A stretch of DNA of 63,246 bases, filler included, from Atractiella rhizophila (GCA_021432655.1; 5 parts of 5 records of this genome joined end to end with filler, not necessarily neighbours in it), one strand, 5' to 3'. Positions 10,880 through 24,853 are shown, counted from the first letter of the whole stretch. Notes: generated by a model not told the origin, from the letters alone. Numbers and translations are program-made.

Positions 10880-12500
10880 TCCTTCTGATTTATCCATTGT
10901 GTTTTGAGGTAGGAAACCCACTCCGGTTGAAGCTTCCATTTCTCCTTCAAAAGTTTCCACTCCTCTTCAAATCCACACTCGGTTTCCTTATACAAGAGTT
11001 AGACAAAATCCTTCACCCCACTATTTCTGTTCTCTGCGTTGAGCTCGAGTTGTTGCTTACTTGGTTCTTCCTTTTTGAAGCGGCTTGATCTTGTCCTTTG
11101 ATTGTGCAACCAGACTTTTGAGGAGGTTCCAGTAACAGAAAAGGATACTTGCAGTTGGAAACACCTGAGCAATTGCAGCAGCTTCTGTGTCAGAACTGTC
11201 GATCATCCATTGTAAAGGCTGAAAGGAGGGGGCAAAATATCTGATCCAGCGAAGGAAATCGATTATGGGGCATTGATGCTCTTCAGTAGTAATGCAGAAT
11301 GAGGCTGGAACACCCCTTCCAGCTCCGTGGTGCTTAATCACTACTGTGTAGAGGAAGACCTTCGATCCTTTCCCCTCAATTGAGAATACTGTGTTGTGAG
11401 TTTAATTGAGGCAAGCTGTCTGTCCAAACTCTGATAACAGCTCGTTCTGCCATTTGTCCATGAAACAGAACACAAAAGGCTGTGTCTGTTGGCCAGGATC
11501 ACCATTTCCAATACACTCTTTCAGAAGAGTATCCCATCCTGTTGCAACTCTCCACTCCACTCTCTCAGCTTCCTTTGCTAACCACCCATCGAACTCATCA
11601 ATAGAAACTTTAAATTTCTCTCTTCCATCACTGGCTTCTATCTGGTGTGTTGGAGTACCCTTCCGTGTCCTTAAATATTTCTCCGCAGATGCTGCATTGT
11701 TTTTGAGCAGCATCAGTGCAGTTGCCAAAGTGTCAATATGTTGAGCTTGTATGCCAGATTTATTTTTTTGGAAGCTCATCCGGCCGGCCTTCCAACCAAA
11801 TGAGGCCTGGGAATTAAGCCCACCCCCTCTGTTTCGCCGCACAAATTTTCGCAAAACTTGTTCACCAGTTTTAGACCAGACCTTAACCCCGACATCGCCG
11901 ACCCGGCGACGGGTCTGCTCACACACTCTCTCACGCGTCAAAGAGAGCAAGATATCGCATTGTTCCTGAGTTTTGTGTGTTGAATGTCAAGCGTTTCTAC
12001 ATGGTCGAAGAAAGAGTCTCTGGAGGTCCTGTGAGTCTTAAATTTATAGCCTGGCATGTCGACCTTGAGATGAGGGATGAACTTTGTGTTCTCCCTTGTC
12101 AATTCGATATTGTGCAGCCTTCATATCTCCATCAGAAGCATAACTTTAACTTATCCACAACACCACTTCTTCTTAGGATCCCCCTCCGCTGCGTTAGACA
12201 AGAGTTCTTCAGTGCTGGATGGTTCATAGTGCCATCCTTCTTTTCCCTGGCATTCGTTCCTCCGTCTTGCGAGTTGACAAATTGTTCGAGTTGCCCTAAG
12301 CTTACCTCCCCTTCTTATCCTCACATCCTCATATTCGTCTGGATTTTCTTTCATGCCTTCGTACGTGCGGATCTTTGGATCGGCATGTGGCTGTACTGTG
12401 TTCCGTATTCCTTGTTTCTTCTTCCTCTTCTTCCTCTTCTTCACAGCCAGTCGAGTATTCTTTAGCCGCTCTCCCTCCTGATAGCTCTAGTCCAGATCTA
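10880..12500 (-). mobile_element. Degenerate MULE/Mutator-like transposase
   Basis: CLN*THNT (consensus CLDxTHNT), LYTVV, GRGVPASF, WMIDSSDTEAAAIAQVFP and FCYWNLLKSL match MULE DDE-domain motifs; in-frame stop at 11402. Confidence 0.75.
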
Positions 12501-12670
12501 ACACGCATTTCCTCAGTTTCGCTCACCGTTCAACAAGGAGTTCTGCGCCAATTGTCATCGATGTCATCTCGTGCTCTAAGCGATGGAGGACTCAGCTTCC
12601 GAAAAGACGCCTAAGCCTTCTACATCAAATCCCAGCAACCATGAAGACCCTGGGAATTTGTCTGATGACG

Positions 12671-12770
12671 NNNNNNNNNNNNNNNNNNNNNNNNNNNNNN
12701 NNNNNNNNNNNNNNTTAATTAATTAANNNNNNNNNNNNNNNNNNNNNNNNNNNNNNNNNNNNNNNNNNNN
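12671..12770. other. Artificial scaffold linker N44-TTAATTAATTAA-N44
   Basis: Six-frame-stop 12-mer centred in a 100-nt N gap. Confidence 0.97.
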
Positions 12771-14676
12771 CGATAGGATCCGCTCCTCATCTCCTACAGC
12801 TACTCGCTTCCCCGGTTCCTCAGTTTCTGTCTGTGGTTGCTCTGCACTGGAGAGGAGGCGGTGTAGAGACTGCCACCAATTTCTCCATTGACCAAACAGA
12901 GCGTGATCGTACGTATCCTTCAAGTGAGAGAGGACAACTGACGGATCGTAAGACTTCTGCACCTCAGTCATAATGGCGTCTGAATCCAACCTGGCTGTGT
13001 CCAGAGATTCTTCTTTATTCCTTTGAGCGCCTACTAGAGCTGGGTGCTCGAGCAGTTCGTCGACTTCCAAGAATGGTGCTGGGTCCTTCCACGCAAGAAA
13101 TAACATTTTACTTCGTCGTCTTCCTCGAATCCGCCTTAGATTTGTGCTCACGCCAATCTCTGCATTAACAATTTGGAAGTAATGTGACTCTAGAAGGCAC
13201 TTGGCTCCTTCTTCTCCATCCTGCCATATCCGATTTGTTAGCCAATGGGTCAACCAAGACCTCTCTCGTTTCAACTCATGGTCCAGTATCTCTGTTTGGT
13301 AAAGCAGGTCATCCCAAGGCTGCAGAGATTCACTTCTTCGACTGGCGTGGCCGACGTGATGGATATAAGACATCATTGCCGCTGGAGGGAATCGAAGCAT
13401 ACTTGGTCGCGTATCTGTGGTAACATTGATCAGGTCGGGCACTGGATCATTCGCCCCGAGGTGACGAAGTAAGCTTTCGAGGAGGCGGTGCGAGGAGACG
13501 TGATCTTGAATGGCAAGATGAAAATAATGACGAGCGACAGTGTCACTTGGGACGTTCCCTTGTCGTAAACGTCGAACGCGATGAGCGTAAGTATCCAAAA
13601 TGATGCTGTACAGTTCTGCCGTCAGCAACGGGTTAACAGAACCTGTTTATGGCACTTAGATGCAAGGCGAGTGAAAATAAAGCTATCTCACCTCCTTCGG
13701 GGCATGGAATGCTCTGGTGAAGAACCCCGCTTTGAATCTGCGAGCGCTTTGGGAAACGAATGGCTTCAAAAACAGCCAAGAGACGCTCCTTATTGCCGGT
13801 CGATGCCAGAGTAGAAAGGATGGAAACAACGTCCACGCCAGTGAGCTTGAGAAATTTGTCGGGCTTCATCTTGGATCGACTGAGCAAAGAGGGATCTTCG
13901 TCAGGAAAAGCGATGTCGAAGTTGTAAAAGTCCTTGAGTGTGTCTTGAAATACCGAATAATGATCGCGCATTCCCACCAACCGAAGCAGAGACGCTTGAA
14001 GAACGGTACGTGCCTTATCTGAAATGGACTGTGACATGACTTCTACAGCACTGTCTACCCAAGCAGGCGCTGGCGACGGGGCTCCAGCCCGTTTGTGAGG
14101 CTCAACATGAGCCCTATCGCGTCGGAGATGAGTATGCTTTTCTGAATCTCGAACGAAAGCTTCTATCGCAGCTGAGACATGATGATCTGATATAGCTCCA
14201 GGATATTCTGTCGCAATTCTGCTGAAAATACTTTTGGCACTTTGAGCAAATCCGAAGGTGGCGCAGGCATTCAGAATAATGGTATAAGCTTCCACCGGTA
14301 GCCTCTGCGGCGCAATGCTCTGCCGAATAGCTCGAATGCGTTCTTCGTAACGTCTGAATCTGCGGTTGTTTAGAAATTTCTCCCCAGGAATGTAGGACGG
14401 CGTGACGAGGTTGATGATGCGGGTAATGTTCTCTGGAGGAAGTGCCGAGAGAGAGCCTTCGTCTAAAGCGCGGTTGATGGCTGAAACGAGCGTCTGAGGA
14501 TGAACGTCATCGCTTAGGAGAGGAATGAGCCTCCTGAGCGGCTTGGACAGTGTGGCTTCAAATCGAGAGGTTGATGGACTTGCGTGCAGTGCAGCTTCGC
14601 CTAAATCGACATAGGAGAGGCTAAAGGAGGACGAATGACGCCGGGATATGTTAAAGATGCGTGCGTATGGACGCAT
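12771..14676 (-). CDS. Mitochondrial PPR protein, Aep2/ATP13-like; 3' end cut by scaffold end; intron near 13630-13690
   Basis: Arg/Ser-rich presequence MRPYARIFNISRRHSS; PPR-like EAYTIILNACATFGFAQSAKSIFSRI and ELYSIILDTYA. Confidence 0.55.
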
Positions 14677-14982
14677 GCTTATGGGACCCTTGAGCTACTA
14701 TCGTGCTCGCAACGAGGCAAATTACCTCAGAACGCACACTCTGAATGGAAGCCCGCTGCTTCTACCAGTCTCTCTCTCCCGCCTTTATCCTGGCCTTTAT
14801 CTTCGTGGCAAAGTCGCGTCGCTTGAAGCCAATAGTGTAGCTGAGGTTGCAGGTGGTTGTGTGGTGTGCATTCAGAAAATTGGTAAAATAAAAAGTTTCA
14901 GCTGCTTTGAAAGTTGCCCCAGGTAAACACGACGAAGCTACACATCCAACAGCAGCGACTCTATCGAAAAAGCATTGTGACC

Positions 14983-16177
14983 ATGCAGCTTCAGGTCTCG
15001 AAACGCCGGAATCCCAAGTCCAAGGCACCTGCTAAACCAGCACACTTGCTCTCCCTTCCAGCGACAACTACAGTACAGGAACTCAAGCGCCAACTCGCCC
15101 CTGTGTTCAAGGCGAGTAGTCTCGCGGTCCTTTGAGTACATAGCCTGAATGGGAACTGAATAGGTAACCCCTCTTCGCCAGCGACTCACAGTTTTCGTCA
15201 CAGCGGCAGATGGAGGCAAGGTGGTCCTGAAAGACGATAGGCAGGAACTGGGAGAAGCTGTCGGAGACAGGCGGGAAGAGAAGCAGTGGGAAGTGGAGCT
15301 AAAGGACCTTGGACCGCAAATTGGGTGGAGGACAGTCTACATTATCGAATACGTACATCTTCAGCTCTCTGTCAGGCTTTTGTGAACAATGTGGCTTAGT
15401 TGGGACCTCTTTTCATTCACGCATTCTTCTACTCTTCCTTTGCACAGACGTTGCTGTATGGCAAGACTTACAACCATACGCTGGTTCAGAGGTCTGAAAC
15501 ATTCCTTACGTCGCACAGACTATTCGCTGACCGAATCGTTCTTAGGGCGGCATTTTTCATGATGGAGTCTCATTACCTTAAACGAGAGTTGGAAACAATA
15601 TTTGTCCACCGCTTTAGCGCCTCTACTATGCCGTTCTCCTACGTCTTTCGCAATTCATTCCACTACTGGATACTCGGAGGGTTGCTTATCGCGCCGTTCG
15701 TCTACCGACCGTCTTCTTTCGAGCTCCCCCTGAATGCCGTTTATCTCTTTGCAGGATTTTTCACAGTGCGTGTCCCGCTATTTCTCCGCTGAACTGAGCC
15801 AAATTTTGGTGAATCCACAGTTTTTCGAGCTGAGTAACGCAAAGACGCATTGGACACTTCGAAACCTGCGTCCAGTCAACAATCCAACAGCAAGAGGCCT
15901 TCCTACTGGTTATGGGTTTAATTTCGTCAGCTGCCCAAACTACTTTTTCGAAAGCCTTTGTTGGCTTGTCCTTACGGCCATGACGAGGGAATGGAGCTGT
16001 CTGTCATCGTCTCTCCTTGCCTCTCCTTAATTGACTTAGAGCACAGTGGGTATCTTTTGGGTCGTGGGCACTTACACCATGATGGGCTGGGCAGCCAAAA
16101 GGCATTCAAGGTATATCAAAGAGTTTGGGAAGGATAAAGTGAAGGGCAGGAAGAGAATGTTTCCTTTCCTTTGGTAA
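14983..16177 (+). CDS. TSC13: Very-long-chain enoyl-CoA reductase (multi-exon)
   Basis: LKDLGPQIGWRTVYIIEY, HYLKRELETIFVHRFSASTMP, FRNSFHYW, GYGFNFVSCPNYFFE; ends RKRMFPFLW*. Confidence 0.93.
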
Positions 16178-16270
16178 ACCGGTACATCTTACTTTATGCT
16201 GATCCCAAAAAGTGGTCTCGCTATTTTCGACAATATCATGTTCATTCTTTATGACCTTGCAGAAAAGAAT

Positions 16271-17010
16271 CTAATAACGCCGCCACCACGAGACTGTTTG
16301 CTCATTCTTCTTGTACAACTCTTCTGGGATTTCCAACGGCCGCCCATACTTGGCGGGATCGACGCCGTGGTAGGGATGACTAGTTGGATGTTCAGAGCCT
16401 TTCGCCAGTGATCAGGAAGACGATGCTCACTTGACGAAATTCGCAATAGGGATAATGTGGAAGATAAATTGGCCCCAGATGGAGTTGGCATGGGCGACCC
16501 GTTGGATGAACTCGCTCTGGGTGCTCTTTCCCCAAAGAGGCAATCCCTTTTCATGGCGAGCGGAGAGTTCCTCGTGGTCCTTGATTAGCTCTCTCCTGTT
16601 CTCTCGCAATCCCATGAACCTGACTAGCAGCTACTCTCGAACCAGAACCGCGAAGAGAGGGAGCGAGCTTACAGGATGAATGATTGTACGCTAAAGAGAA
16701 GCCGAAACTGGCTCCTAAAGCCGTCGCTACTCGGTTCGCAGAGAGGACAGACCGCCGCGTGAGCAAGATGCCTGGCGTTGAGGCCACTACGCACCATTAC
16801 CATCAATGCTCTCCAAGATAGTGAAACTTGCTCACGGGTCGCAAATAACAGTGCAGGTCCGGCTAGAGTTCCAGCAGCGATAGTGACATAGTCAGAGAAG
16901 CGGAAGTATCGCAAGACACGAAAGAAATGAGGGTCATTGTCAATCACTGCAAAAACGTAGGTCATTAGGATTTCGGCGATAAAGGTGCTCACGAGGATAT
17001 TTTGAGCCAT
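16271..17010 (-). CDS. NUXM: Complex I 21 kDa accessory subunit NUXM (multi-exon)
   Basis: IDNDPHFFRVLRYFRFSDY, MGLRENRRE, GLPLWGKS, spliced NFVNHPYHGVDPAKY. Confidence 0.88.
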
Positions 17011-17215
17011 TGGGCAGCCTCTCGTGGGCTGCTAAAGGATGATAAGCTTGCACCTCTTGCTCTGTGGTGGTCGACATTTGGTGTGTGAGCAAATTGAGAA
17101 CCTTAATAGCTGGTCTTTGTCTAGTTCTGTTTGACTTGAAATTTCATCATAAAGGACAATCTCAGATAGGATAATCGGTTAGGTGACAGAGACAGGTGCA
17201 GAGAGTAGAGTAAAT

Positions 17216-19323
17216 ATGGCTGCGAGGGAAAGATGGCTAAGAGAAATAACAAGTACCGTAAGTAGCTGTCATTCCATTCTAGCTTCTCCAGCTTTCATCG
17301 TATACTGCGAAATACACACCCAATGTGTGTCAGCATCTGCATCTCTTCATATGGCTCATTTCCACAACTTGTACCTTAATTTCAGTTGCCTGAGATATCC
17401 TCGACGTATAGTATTACGCTCAGTCGTCACTCGTTCTCACGCACGCAAATTCTATACTAAATGCTCATCGCACGCTTTCTCCCAAAACCGATATGCACAT
17501 ATCCGACTCTGGAAATAGTGCTTTACTACTCTGTCTCCACGGTACAATCCCCGTAACTTTTCGCGGCTCAGTCTACCACATCCCTCTTGAGCTCTGGCTT
17601 CCGCTTGCATACCCTCGCGAGCCGCCAATAGTGTACCTCAAACCGACGGGGACAATGATTATAAGGAAGGGAGGTGAATCTGACGCGAATGGCAGAGTCG
17701 GAGGAGAATATATCCAAGCTTGGGAAAATAAATCAGAGGTAGGTTCGAACTTAATTCTCCGCGGTGCGACCAGTTAATCATAAAATGTGGGAAGGGAAGG
17801 GACTTAGAAGGCCTTGTGAAGTGGATGCAAGAAGCGTTTTCTCGTAATCCGCCATTATGGAATAAACCGCCAAATGAAACACCTTCACAACCACCAGGAA
17901 GTGCCGAGATGTCTGCTGCCCTTCGCTCAACTTCTGCACCCCCGCCGAGACCTCCCAAGCCACAATCTCCTGTTCATGCGCAAGCGCACAACATGTATAC
18001 GCGACCTCCACCTCCCATTCCTTCTTCTTCAGTATGTGTCTCATTTTGATTTCTTTTGTTGCCGAAGGTATGAATGTGACAATGCACCAGCCAGCGCGCT
18101 TGCCCTCAACACCACCGCATCCTCCAGGTGAAATATCAACTGCACCATCTTCACAAAGTTTGGTGTGCCCCATACTCTCGATTTTGATTGAATCTGAAAA
18201 CAGCACAGGCGACACCACCCATACCCTCGCGTGAGAGTCGTCCGTTGAGTACCTCTTATACTCCACAACTTCAAGGATTGGGACATGGACCACCAGGCAA
18301 GTCAGGTATTTATTTACTTTTCTGTGGTCTGACAGTAATCTAGCGCAATCGGTCTATGCCCAGCCGTTGTCGCAATCAACCTACAATGCTCCACAGCAGA
18401 ACGCTCAAAACCATCACTCCTCGTTCAATCCGCTTGTCAGTAATATATCTCAAATGCCAGTTGGCCAATCAGAAGCGACGATCCCAGTGTATTACACACC
18501 GCAAACGAGCACTTATAGTGCTCCCCCGCCACTAGCAGCTCGTCCTGCAGTATCCGGGCCTGAAGCGGAACCACCTCGTAGTCGCACTCATGTTAGAACT
18601 TCGTCGCTGCTGGACAGCCCGGATTTCCCTACTGTCCTAGTCGCGCCAAAGCGTCCTCCAAACCCGTACCTTCTCTCCCTCCGTTCGCAGCTATACGGTC
18701 GGTTACTATCCGCCTTCCAGGCCTGCGAGAATAGTGTTCGCGAAGCAGAAGAGCGGAATGGGATGATGTGCGCTGACCTGCTGAAAGGTACGTTGTGTCA
18801 TCTGTGCTTTACAATTCCTGATTGCCCGCTGATTTTCAGGCCCACCGGCTATTGAGGATGAGATGGCACGATTAAGGGCCGTGAAGGACGTTTGCGAGAA
18901 TGTACGAGACAGATATGCGACTGTTGTTTCAGAAGCAGAGAGCCAGATCGGGGAGTTGAAAAAGCGCGGGGAGGGAGAAGTGGATGAGCTTGTCTGTGGC
19001 ACAAGGGTTGTTCACAATCAGTTTGTTTATTCTGCCTTGAGCGTCATACAACTACTGAACGTTGAATAAGGTTGATTGAATCCTTAGCAGAAGATTTGGC
19101 CATTGAAGATACTGTCTACCAGCTGGAGCGGAGAGTGGACAAGGATGGCGACGAGCTGGAAAAGGTCCTCAAGGTTGGTTCCTCTCACAGGCTGCGTAGT
19201 TAGTCTGATAAATTGGGACAGCGGATCGGCCAGCTAGGAAATGAGCAATTTGCCAAGAGGGTAATAAGTAATAAGATTCTTTTGGAACTTGCTGTGAGAA
19301 GAGCTGAAGCATCAGAGGGTTAA
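17216..19323 (+). CDS. VPS23: ESCRT-I subunit Vps23/TSG101 (UEV, Pro-rich, coiled coil, steadiness box)
   Basis: LLLCLHGTIPVTFRGSVYHIPLELWLPLAYPREPPIVYLKPT; C-terminal VDELVCG..HNQ..LAEDLAIEDTVYQL. Confidence 0.92.
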
Positions 19324-19616
19324 CAACACTATAAAGCTATGGAATGAATTGTAGCCCAAGAAAGGGGAGACATTTCTTCGCCGTCTCAGTCACGATTGCT
19401 TCAAGTCAATGACGACCAATTCAAATGGAGTTTGGGAACATAGCTATATACATGGAAAGTTATAGGATGTGGTGTTGAGAGGTGTCGAAGCAAGCGGAGA
19501 CCTCTAACTCGACACTCACTCAGCCTAAATATGGAGTATGACTTGTGAATTACGTACGAGGCACTTCAAGTGTCATCAACACTTGGAAAATTTATTGTAT
19601 CGTTATTCGTGTTAAC

Positions 19617-22600
19617 ATGAACAAGTCGAAAACAAGGGCAGCCTCTAAGCCTCAAAAAGGCAATAAGGCGGCATCCTCGAAGCAAAAACAGAAGAAGATC
19701 AGACCAAAGGATAGAATCTATGTGTCGCAGCCTCACAACAATGCTGGCAAAGAAGATGTGGAAGTGGACATGGCTGTTGACGTCGAAGGTGTTTTTGGGG
19801 AGCATTTAGACATTAAGGGAATGACAAGGTATGCATCATCTAGCATGGAACTGCTATAACATCGGGTGTTCTTTTCTATGGAAGTTTTAATTATATAGCC
19901 CTCTCCGCTTCACCGATCAAAAAGCGTTGTGGTGCAAAGTGTCCAGCTCATTCATAGGGCAAATAAGCTGGTTGCTTTCTGGGAACGCTAATGAATGATG
20001 CCGCGTAAATGAGTGATAATGTTATGAGCGCATCACTAACTTCTGCAATGTGTTTCTTGTTTCGATCATCATTTTCTTCTTGTTACTATGCGCGCTATCT
20101 GCATCTGCTTGTGGTCTAATCAATGGTGATGTGCAGGACTCGACAATCTCTCAAAAAGGAACATCGCTTATCTCGTCCAAAAGAGAAGCGCAAGGTGCAT
20201 AAGTTCGAGTTTGAGAAGGATGAGCCGTTGTCAGCTCCTGTCGTGAGGGAAGGGGGTGATGACGAAGAAGGCGAAAAATTGAGCGATCTTGATGAGGATG
20301 ATTTCGCTGTGCTGGGGAGCGATTTGGGAAGTGACGATTTGAGCGTGTATCTGAGCGATGTCGAACGCGGTGCTGGAGGACTTGAAGACGGCTTGTTGGA
20401 GGATGGACAACTTGACCATAGCGAAGACGACGATAGTGGACTCAGTACGAATACAATCGATTCAGACGATGTGGACGGAATGAAACTTGATTCCGACTTC
20501 GAGGAGCAAGGAGACCTGCTTAAGATGTACCTTGAAACGTTGAACAACCCGGATGGTGGTAATTCATATGATGGTGTTGACGAGGACGCAGAAGAGGAGA
20601 TGGAGGTTGGACCTGAAGAGGAAGAGGAAGAGGACAGTGAGGTAGAAAAGGAGGAACAAAAACAGAACAGGAAGAAACCTGTGCTAGGTCCGTCTGCCGA
20701 AGTGGAATTACGACACGAACGGAAAGGTGGTTCAAAAATCTATCGTGTTCAACAGGAAGAGGAGGAAGAGCTTGATGCCGGCGAGTCACTTCGTAAACCG
20801 TTACCGGTCAAACGAGACGGCCGTTTCGTGTTCATGGAAGATAGTTCCGCTCCAGCCAGCAAACGACGAAAGGTACTTTTGGACAAGATGAAGGAACCAG
20901 ACACAAATCTCGAAGCAGAGGCAACGGGGCCTAGCAAGGCAGATGAGCTGGGCAGTCGTTGGGGTAGGCGGGGCATCAAGGACATTCTTCAAATCAAAGA
21001 TAAAACGGAGCGAATGAGCATTGCTAGAGGGGAGATTGCCATTTTAGGGAGGGAGATCGTGGCCGACCCAGAAAATTCCGTGAGCAATATACCATCTCGC
21101 CACATGATTTGACCAGTTGCAGTAGCTGAACTACCTCAAACGGCTCAGTGCTCTGACAGGACGCACTTTCCTAGATCACACATCGGAAAATAGTGAAAAA
21201 CATGTCCCAATTGAAATTCCAATCAGGGCGCTCGCTATTCTTAGCTTATTGGCAGTCCTTCTTGACATTATTCCGTGCGTAAATCCCTTCCTTTATTTCC
21301 CGTCCCGAGACAATTTGTTCCTAGGGGGTACCGCATCCGTCCTTTAACCGACTTAGAGAAAGCTGCCAAAGTCAGCCAGATTGTGCAACGGCAGAGAGAT
21401 TGGGAAGATGGTCTACTGAAGATATATAGGAACTTTATTGCTATGTGCGAAAAGGAAATCAAGGGTTTGTCTTTCCTTGACGTGGGGAACTTTGCTTAAA
21501 CTCGATAGAAAAAACGAAACTTGAGGGTGCAAGCATCAAGTGCCTTTGCGACCTGATGAAGGAAAAGACGTACTTCAACTTCTCACAAGAAGTCATGGAA
21601 GTCCTCACCAAAAGGATCTCCAGCCGACACTGGGACCAGGCGCGTTTCTTCATCTGTCATCCCAGTCGATCTGACACACCACATAGTCCTCAGAAATATG
21701 TCTCAGTGCCATTACCTCTGTTTTCGAGTCCCCCTTAGACCAGTCCTTTTCTTCGTCACTCAGTTTAGTGCGCCTTCTATCAAAATCAATCCGGGCAAGA
21801 TCTTTCTCTGTCAATCCGAAGCTTCTTTCCTGCATGCTCTCTCTTCAACTGCATGACGCTGCCAAAGGAGAGATTGCACAAGAAGGCAAACCCATCCTCA
21901 AGAACAGGGAGAAGGCTAAAAAGAAGGAGGTGTTGAGCAAGAAAGCGAGAAAGACAAAGAAAGAACAGGATAAAATACAGAAGGAGATTGAAGTGGCGGA
22001 GCTCACTGTCGACGCAGAGGAACGTAGTAGGAACGTAATGGAAACCCTGAAAGCACTATTTGCGCTCTACTTCCGAATCGTCAAGCTCCCAAACCGCACA
22101 CCGTTATTACCGCCAGCTCTCGAAGGATTGGCGCGTTTCGGGCACCTTGTCAACGTTGACTTCTTCAAGGATCTGATGACAGTCCTTAGTTCATGGATTC
22201 GAGGTACCGTTTCTGAACCGCAGCAAGAAGGAGTCGATGCGATGACGACGAACGGGATCCAATTGAATACGAAGGAGAAACTTCTCTGCATTGTTACCGC
22301 CTTCCAGTTACTTTCTGGCCAAGGCGAAGCCCTCAACATCGATCTAACGGAGTTTTCTACCTGTCTGTATGGCCTGCTGCCTTCGTTGGCGCTCTCCTCC
22401 GGTATTGAAGATAAAGTCGACCGTACAGATCCTAAATACGCCTCAGCCCAGGTTCGTTATTCTGAATCGCAACTATTATTTCGTGCTCTGCACGCAATAT
22501 TCTTTCAGTCTCGTCTGGCTCCGTCACCGACTCGCACTCTCGCTTTTACAAAGCGACTATTACTAAGCGCACTGCATTGGCCGCCGTCCACCATCGTCGA

Positions 22601-22835
22601 TGTCCTGGAATTCCTTAAGAAGATGCTTGTCAAAGAGTCTAGGCTGGCTGGTATGCTGGATACAAGTGATCGCAAAGGTGGTAGTGTATGGAAGGGTGAA
22701 GCTGAAGTGGAATGGGAGTCAGGAGCGGAATCCACTGTTTGGTGGGAATTGGCCTTGTTGCAACAGACACATTATGATGCTCGGGTTCGAAGACATGCCT
22801 CCGAGTTAGCAATGTGGAATGAAGCGTCGCGGTGA
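19617..22835 (+). CDS. NOC3: Nucleolar complex-associated protein 3 (CBF/Mak21 domain)
   Basis: Acidic/basic N-terminus; DIIP|GYRIRPLTD, YFNF, LFALYFRIVK, LEGLARFGHLVNVDFFKDL, LLCIVTAFQLLSGQGEALNIDL. Confidence 0.9.
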
Positions 22836-22888
22836 TCAATCTTGCATATTCTGTAACAGGCAGAGAAATGGAATGAGGCACATGCTTG

Positions 22889-24853
22889 TCAAGTCCAACA
22901 CGGCCAACTAGTGTAAATCTCAGAAGTTTGACTGAAACTTTGGACAACGATGCGAGGATCAAGGTGTTCGGCGAAGGCAAGGTCTGAGCCATCGTCGAAC
23001 ATCCATATCGAGAGTCGCTCCAAATTTTCTCCACCTTTAACCATGGCGAATAAATTGTCGACAGCCTGCAGTGTCAGTTCCGCGTGTTTGGTACCTGGAA
23101 ATATGAACTCGACTTGGCGGTAAATGGAGGTTGGCTTCCAATAGTCCTTGAGCATATAGTATAACGAGTTCGGAGTGGTGGGTATGGACTCCACAGTGTG
23201 AGCTTCAGCATCCTCCGTTGTCTCAATTTCCATTGACACTTTCTTTGCCCTGTTGGCTGTCGGGACAATGAAATGGCGAAACTGACTCCTCGGTATATAC
23301 CCTACGAATCGTACGACATCCAAGCTCCTCTGACCGAGCAATTCTCCCAGAACATCAAACGTCTCTGTGCCCTTTATGTTTTTCAACTCTAGCACCTTTA
23401 AGGACTGTGCTGAACTTTGCAAGAGCTGCTGCACAGAACTCTTCCTCCACTCCACATTGACAGCAGAAAACGACGTAAGTTCAAAAGCGCATGGCCCTTC
23501 GGTGAAAGCTCCGTCTGCAAACAGTGAGAATGAATGCGCGAAACCTTCTAGAGCAAGATCCTTCAGGTAAATCATGCGTGCCAGGAAGTTGGAGAAGGGA
23601 GGAAAGTACAAGTCTTCATGGGCCTTGTTGACGCGTCCTAATCCAGATAGTTTGAGGGAAACAAGCGAAGTGATTCCCTGTAGAATGCATAGACCGGAGC
23701 CGGCAGATATTCCTAGCAAGATTCATGAGGGCCTGTTCGACCATTGAACAAATGTAGGCTTACGAGTAAGGTTGACGACTTCTAGGCCAGTTCTCTCGTC
23801 AGAATTATACGGTTCCAACGTCTGCAGGATCTCAAAGATAATTTGCGGACCTTCCTTTAGACCCATAGCGTGATCCCATCGTAGTGCCTTCACGAGAGAA
23901 GCGAGGAATTTGTTCTTCCTGATCGTGTTGAGGAAGAGGGAGTACTCGCCAAGACCATATGGGGTCGACCACCCACGAAGACATGGCGCATAGTACAGAG
24001 CGCGTTGGGCAATCACGCGTAGGCTTTGACATGTTCCAATTAGGGACGCAAGCCCTTGGCGCTTCAGGAGAGCCTCCACGGTTGCCTCTTCGACGTTGTC
24101 TGTGAAAGCATCAGAATCAGGCGTTGAATAGCCGATGACCCGTTCCACGAGTTCACAGGGCAGTTCCTTGAAAGGACATTTATCACTAATAGGGATAGCC
24201 AACGGTTCACGTGGAGGAGTCTACAGATTTGTCAGATTCAGCTTACAACGGGCAAATTGTAGCACTTTAATCTGGTGCGAATTAACCATCATGTGAGGCT
24301 GAAGTTCATCATCCCAATCAAAGCTTCCGAGTCTCATGCCCTTTGATCTGAGGCGTAGTAACGTCTGATTATTGAACAGGAAAGCGGTCTCCTGCTGGTC
24401 GGCAAAGCCTTTCATGGCATTGAGCTCCCTTGATGCGTGTAGGCGACGAACATACCCTTCCAGGCAATTGGAAGAAGTTCTTCGCGTATCGTATTGTCAT
24501 TGCCATAGAGGCGGTGCCATAGAGAGTTTGGACGGTATTTATGAAAGAGGGAAATGCTCGCAAAGTTCTCCCTTTCATTGTCGTGAGCAATCCAACTTTC
24601 AGCGAAACAGAACAGGACGAGCATGCCATTCAGTGCACCATCCTCTTGGGAGCCATGAATCTGGAATGAGGGGCCAGGCTGATGTCCTGATGGACAATAT
24701 AGTAAACTCCTCAGTCACTGAATGTTCTGGGAGCGCCATTGGTAAAAAGCAACAGAGATCTCCTGGCGATCGAACGTAGGCATCACACGTATAACAGAGG
24801 GTGTCTTCACGACGAACTGCTTGGCCGAATCGAAGGGAGGTAGACGAATCCAT
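22889..24853 (-). CDS. Hypothetical F-box-like/LRR-like protein (multi-exon; 5' part uncertain)
   Basis: PFKELPCELVERVI F-box-like start, LVKALRW and LxxLxL repeats; the 159-aa and 276-aa ORFs can be joined by an intron at ~23712-23763. Confidence 0.5.
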
